Assembly (NCBI GenBank): GCA_046050465.1 | Contig: JBJOPS010000036.1 | Span: 48,180-112,179, forward strand | From: Pseudomonadota bacterium | GTDB taxonomy: Bacteria > Pseudomonadota > Gammaproteobacteria > Burkholderiales > Burkholderiaceae_C | Direction: 5' to 3' | Length of the DNA: 64,000 nucleotides | Part shown: positions 62,692 through 64,000 of the stretch, piece by piece | How the letters are laid out: each line of letters starts with the position of its first letter | How positions within the stretch are numbered: position 1 is the stretch's first letter | Program-made: the position numbers and the translations under genes | The notes under the pieces: generated by a model | The model's database searches: none | Seen by the model: the letters and a program-made list of their open reading frames with translations, nothing else | What the model was told of the DNA's origin: nothing

Positions 62692-63624
62692 TTATGCAGC
62701 TTCTTCGTCGAAGTAGTCACCGTCGATTTTTGGGATTTTGACTGCTCGAGCGGTTACCCCGAGTTCATATTCGATCATTAGCCCCGCGAGGCGGGCTCCA
62801 TCCATCAAAACGATGCCTTCCACGGATTTTGCAAAGTCCAAAGCCTGCGCCGTGAATGCTGATGTTGTAATGAATACGCCTTTCTTCGCCTTCTGGCCAG
62901 CCAAGGCCCCGTAGAAGGCCTGAAGCTCAGGCCGCCCAACATTGCTTTGCCACCGCTTGGCCTGGACATACACCTTTTCAAGGCCCAGCCTGTCTAGAGA
63001 GATGACTCCGTCGATTCCTGCGTCACCGGAGCCGCCGACGCGTTGAAGGTCGGTACGGCTTGCTCCGTAGCCCATACGATGGAGGAGATCCAAGACAATC
63101 GCCTCGAAGAATGCAGGCGAGACGTTGGCCAATAGTTCTAGCAATTCGGATTCGGCTGCCTGGCGAAGTTCCTCAAGTGCCTGGCCCAATCGATCATCGG
63201 GGCTGGCAAGTGGCACGGCCTGCTTTGTGAAGGGTACTGAAGGCGCGGTGGCGGAATGATGTGTGGGAGGCGCGTCTTTTAACTTGACACCGATATAGCC
63301 CATTGCGAGCTTCTCTGCGAGTTCTGGAGAGAATGAATTCGGATGCTCACTGATGAAGGCGATTCCTTCTTCGGTGATTTTCCAGAAGCCTCTGCGCGGG
63401 CTACTCGAGAGGCCAGCTCGCTTTAGCCTGTCATGTGCCCAGCCAGCGCGATTCTTGTAGATCAGTTGCGCCCCGCTGGGCAGAAGCTCTTGCCGGTCAT
63501 CCTCGGTCAGTCCGAGAGCTACGGCCGCCTGGTCGTGGGACTGCTTCGCCAATACACCAGCCGGATTTGCGGCCAAGTGTCGCAACAACGGCTCGATAAA
63601 CTGGTCGTAAGTAGGAACTGGCAT
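62692..63624 (-). CDS. mrr: Mrr type IV (modification-dependent) restriction endonuclease
   Basis: 310 aa, collinear with E. coli Mrr as I recall it: MPVPTYDQFIEP, YKNRAGWAHDRLKRAGL, SPDDRLGQALEELR, and QRVGGSGDAGIDGVISLDRLGLEKVYVQAKRWQSNVGRPELQAFYGALAGQKAKKGVFITTS. Confidence 0.9.
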   Translation of the reverse strand: MPVPTYDQFIEPLLRHLAANPAGVLAKQSHDQAAVALGLTEDDRQELLPSGAQLIYKNRAGWAHDRLKRAGLSSSPRRGFWKITEEGIAFISEHPNSFSPELAEKLAMGYIGVKLKDAPPTHHSATAPSVPFTKQAVPLASPDDRLGQALEELRQAAESELLELLANVSPAFFEAIVLDLLHRMGYGASRTDLQRVGGSGDAGIDGVISLDRLGLEKVYVQAKRWQSNVGRPELQAFYGALAGQKAKKGVFITTSAFTAQALDFAKSVEGIVLMDGARLAGLMIEYELGVTARAVKIPKIDGDYFDEEAA

Positions 63625-63633
63625 GTTGTGGTG

Positions 63634-63666
63634 GCAATGAAGACGGTGGGTTGAGCGGCCTAATTT
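63634..63666 (+). repeat. 55-nt interspersed repeat, partial copy 10 (core plus tail only)
   Basis: GCAATGAAgACGgTGGGtTgagcGGCCtaattt aligns with the variant core and tail of copies 4 and 7. Lies just upstream of the mrr start. Confidence 0.5.
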
Positions 63667-63811
63667 GAAACCCGCCCACTGTACCGGATTCCTCCCCCGT
63701 TCGGATCGAGCACCGCAAGGTAGCCCGAAGGGTCCACGCGGCAGGGTCGGTCAGGCCCTGATGCCGGCCCGTCGTGCCGTTCAGGCCCAGTCCGCCTTGT
63801 AAACTCAAGCC

Positions 63812-64000
63812 ATGACATCGCTGCAAACCCTGATCGCCACCCGCATCCGCCAGGACGTGCAATCCATGCACGCCTACGCCATTCAGGACTCGGCTGGCAT
63901 GCTCAAGCTGGACGCGATGGAAAACCCGCACCGCCTGCCGCCTGATCTGCAGGCACATCTGGGGCAGCGGCTGGGCGCACTGGCGCTGAATCGTTACCCC
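63812..64000 (+). CDS. hisC: histidinol-phosphate aminotransferase, N-terminal 63 codons (runs off the right edge)
   Basis: Not in the ORF track. The ATG at 63812 reads MTSLQTLIATRIRQDVQSMHAYAIQDSAGMLKLDAMENPHRLPPDLQAHLGQRLGALALNRYP, a typical HisC N-terminus (LDAMENP, NRYP). Confidence 0.85.
   Translation, partial: MTSLQTLIATRIRQDVQSMHAYAIQDSAGMLKLDAMENPHRLPPDLQAHLGQRLGALALNRYP

Noticed and set aside
63497-63958. 153-aa minus-strand ORF spanning the mrr start, the spacer and the hisC start.
   Set aside because: It overlaps two well-supported genes (mrr N-terminus, hisC N-terminus) and is Gly/Arg/Leu-rich shadow sequence.

Overview
This is a 64-kb chromosomal window from a high-GC Gram-negative bacterium. 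The gene content and order point to a betaproteobacterium, probably Burkholderiales/Comamonadaceae-like; this is inferred from protein sequences and synteny, with no search run. The main blocks are mrcA divergent from pilMNOPQ-aroKB; acpS-pdxJ-recO-era-rnc-lepBA-mucD-rseBA-rpoE and fabF-acpP-fabGDH-plsX-rpmF-yceD on the minus strand; hemCDXY; ppc; gltBD; and mlaFEDACB, an ABC-2 pair, then ibaG-murA-hisGD...hisC. I call 64 protein-coding genes, 2 of them partial at the edges. I saw no rRNA, tRNA or CRISPR array. Almost all of the window is core housekeeping DNA. The clear accessory DNA is a ~1.7-kb insertion between hisD and hisC, carrying an E. coli-like mrr type IV restriction gene and a small secreted protein, plus a solitary RAYT/IS200-like Y1 transposase gene between ppc and gltB. 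The most unusual signal is not a gene. A ~55-nt interspersed repeat (GCTAT-N8-TAGCT, a CTTGCACATATT-like core, then GGGCTAnnGGCC-ATTTT) is present in 9 full copies plus 1 tail-only copy. Copies lie in operon spacers, at ORF ends where they donate stop and start codons, and in frame inside two genes (the rseA-like anti-sigma factor and hemD). Other items are: an AT-rich ~470-bp mucD-lepA spacer bracketed by two minus-strand terminators (candidate sRNA or leader/attenuator); a CptA/YgfX-like membrane protein translationally coupled to rpoE; lineage-specific in-frame insertions in ppc and aroB; and a low-GC3 orphan ORF after nagZ. I found no convincing novel multi-gene system, and I state that rather than over-interpret. 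Start codons were refined by eye where the ORF track is clearly over-extended. All family names are from recognised motifs, not database hits.
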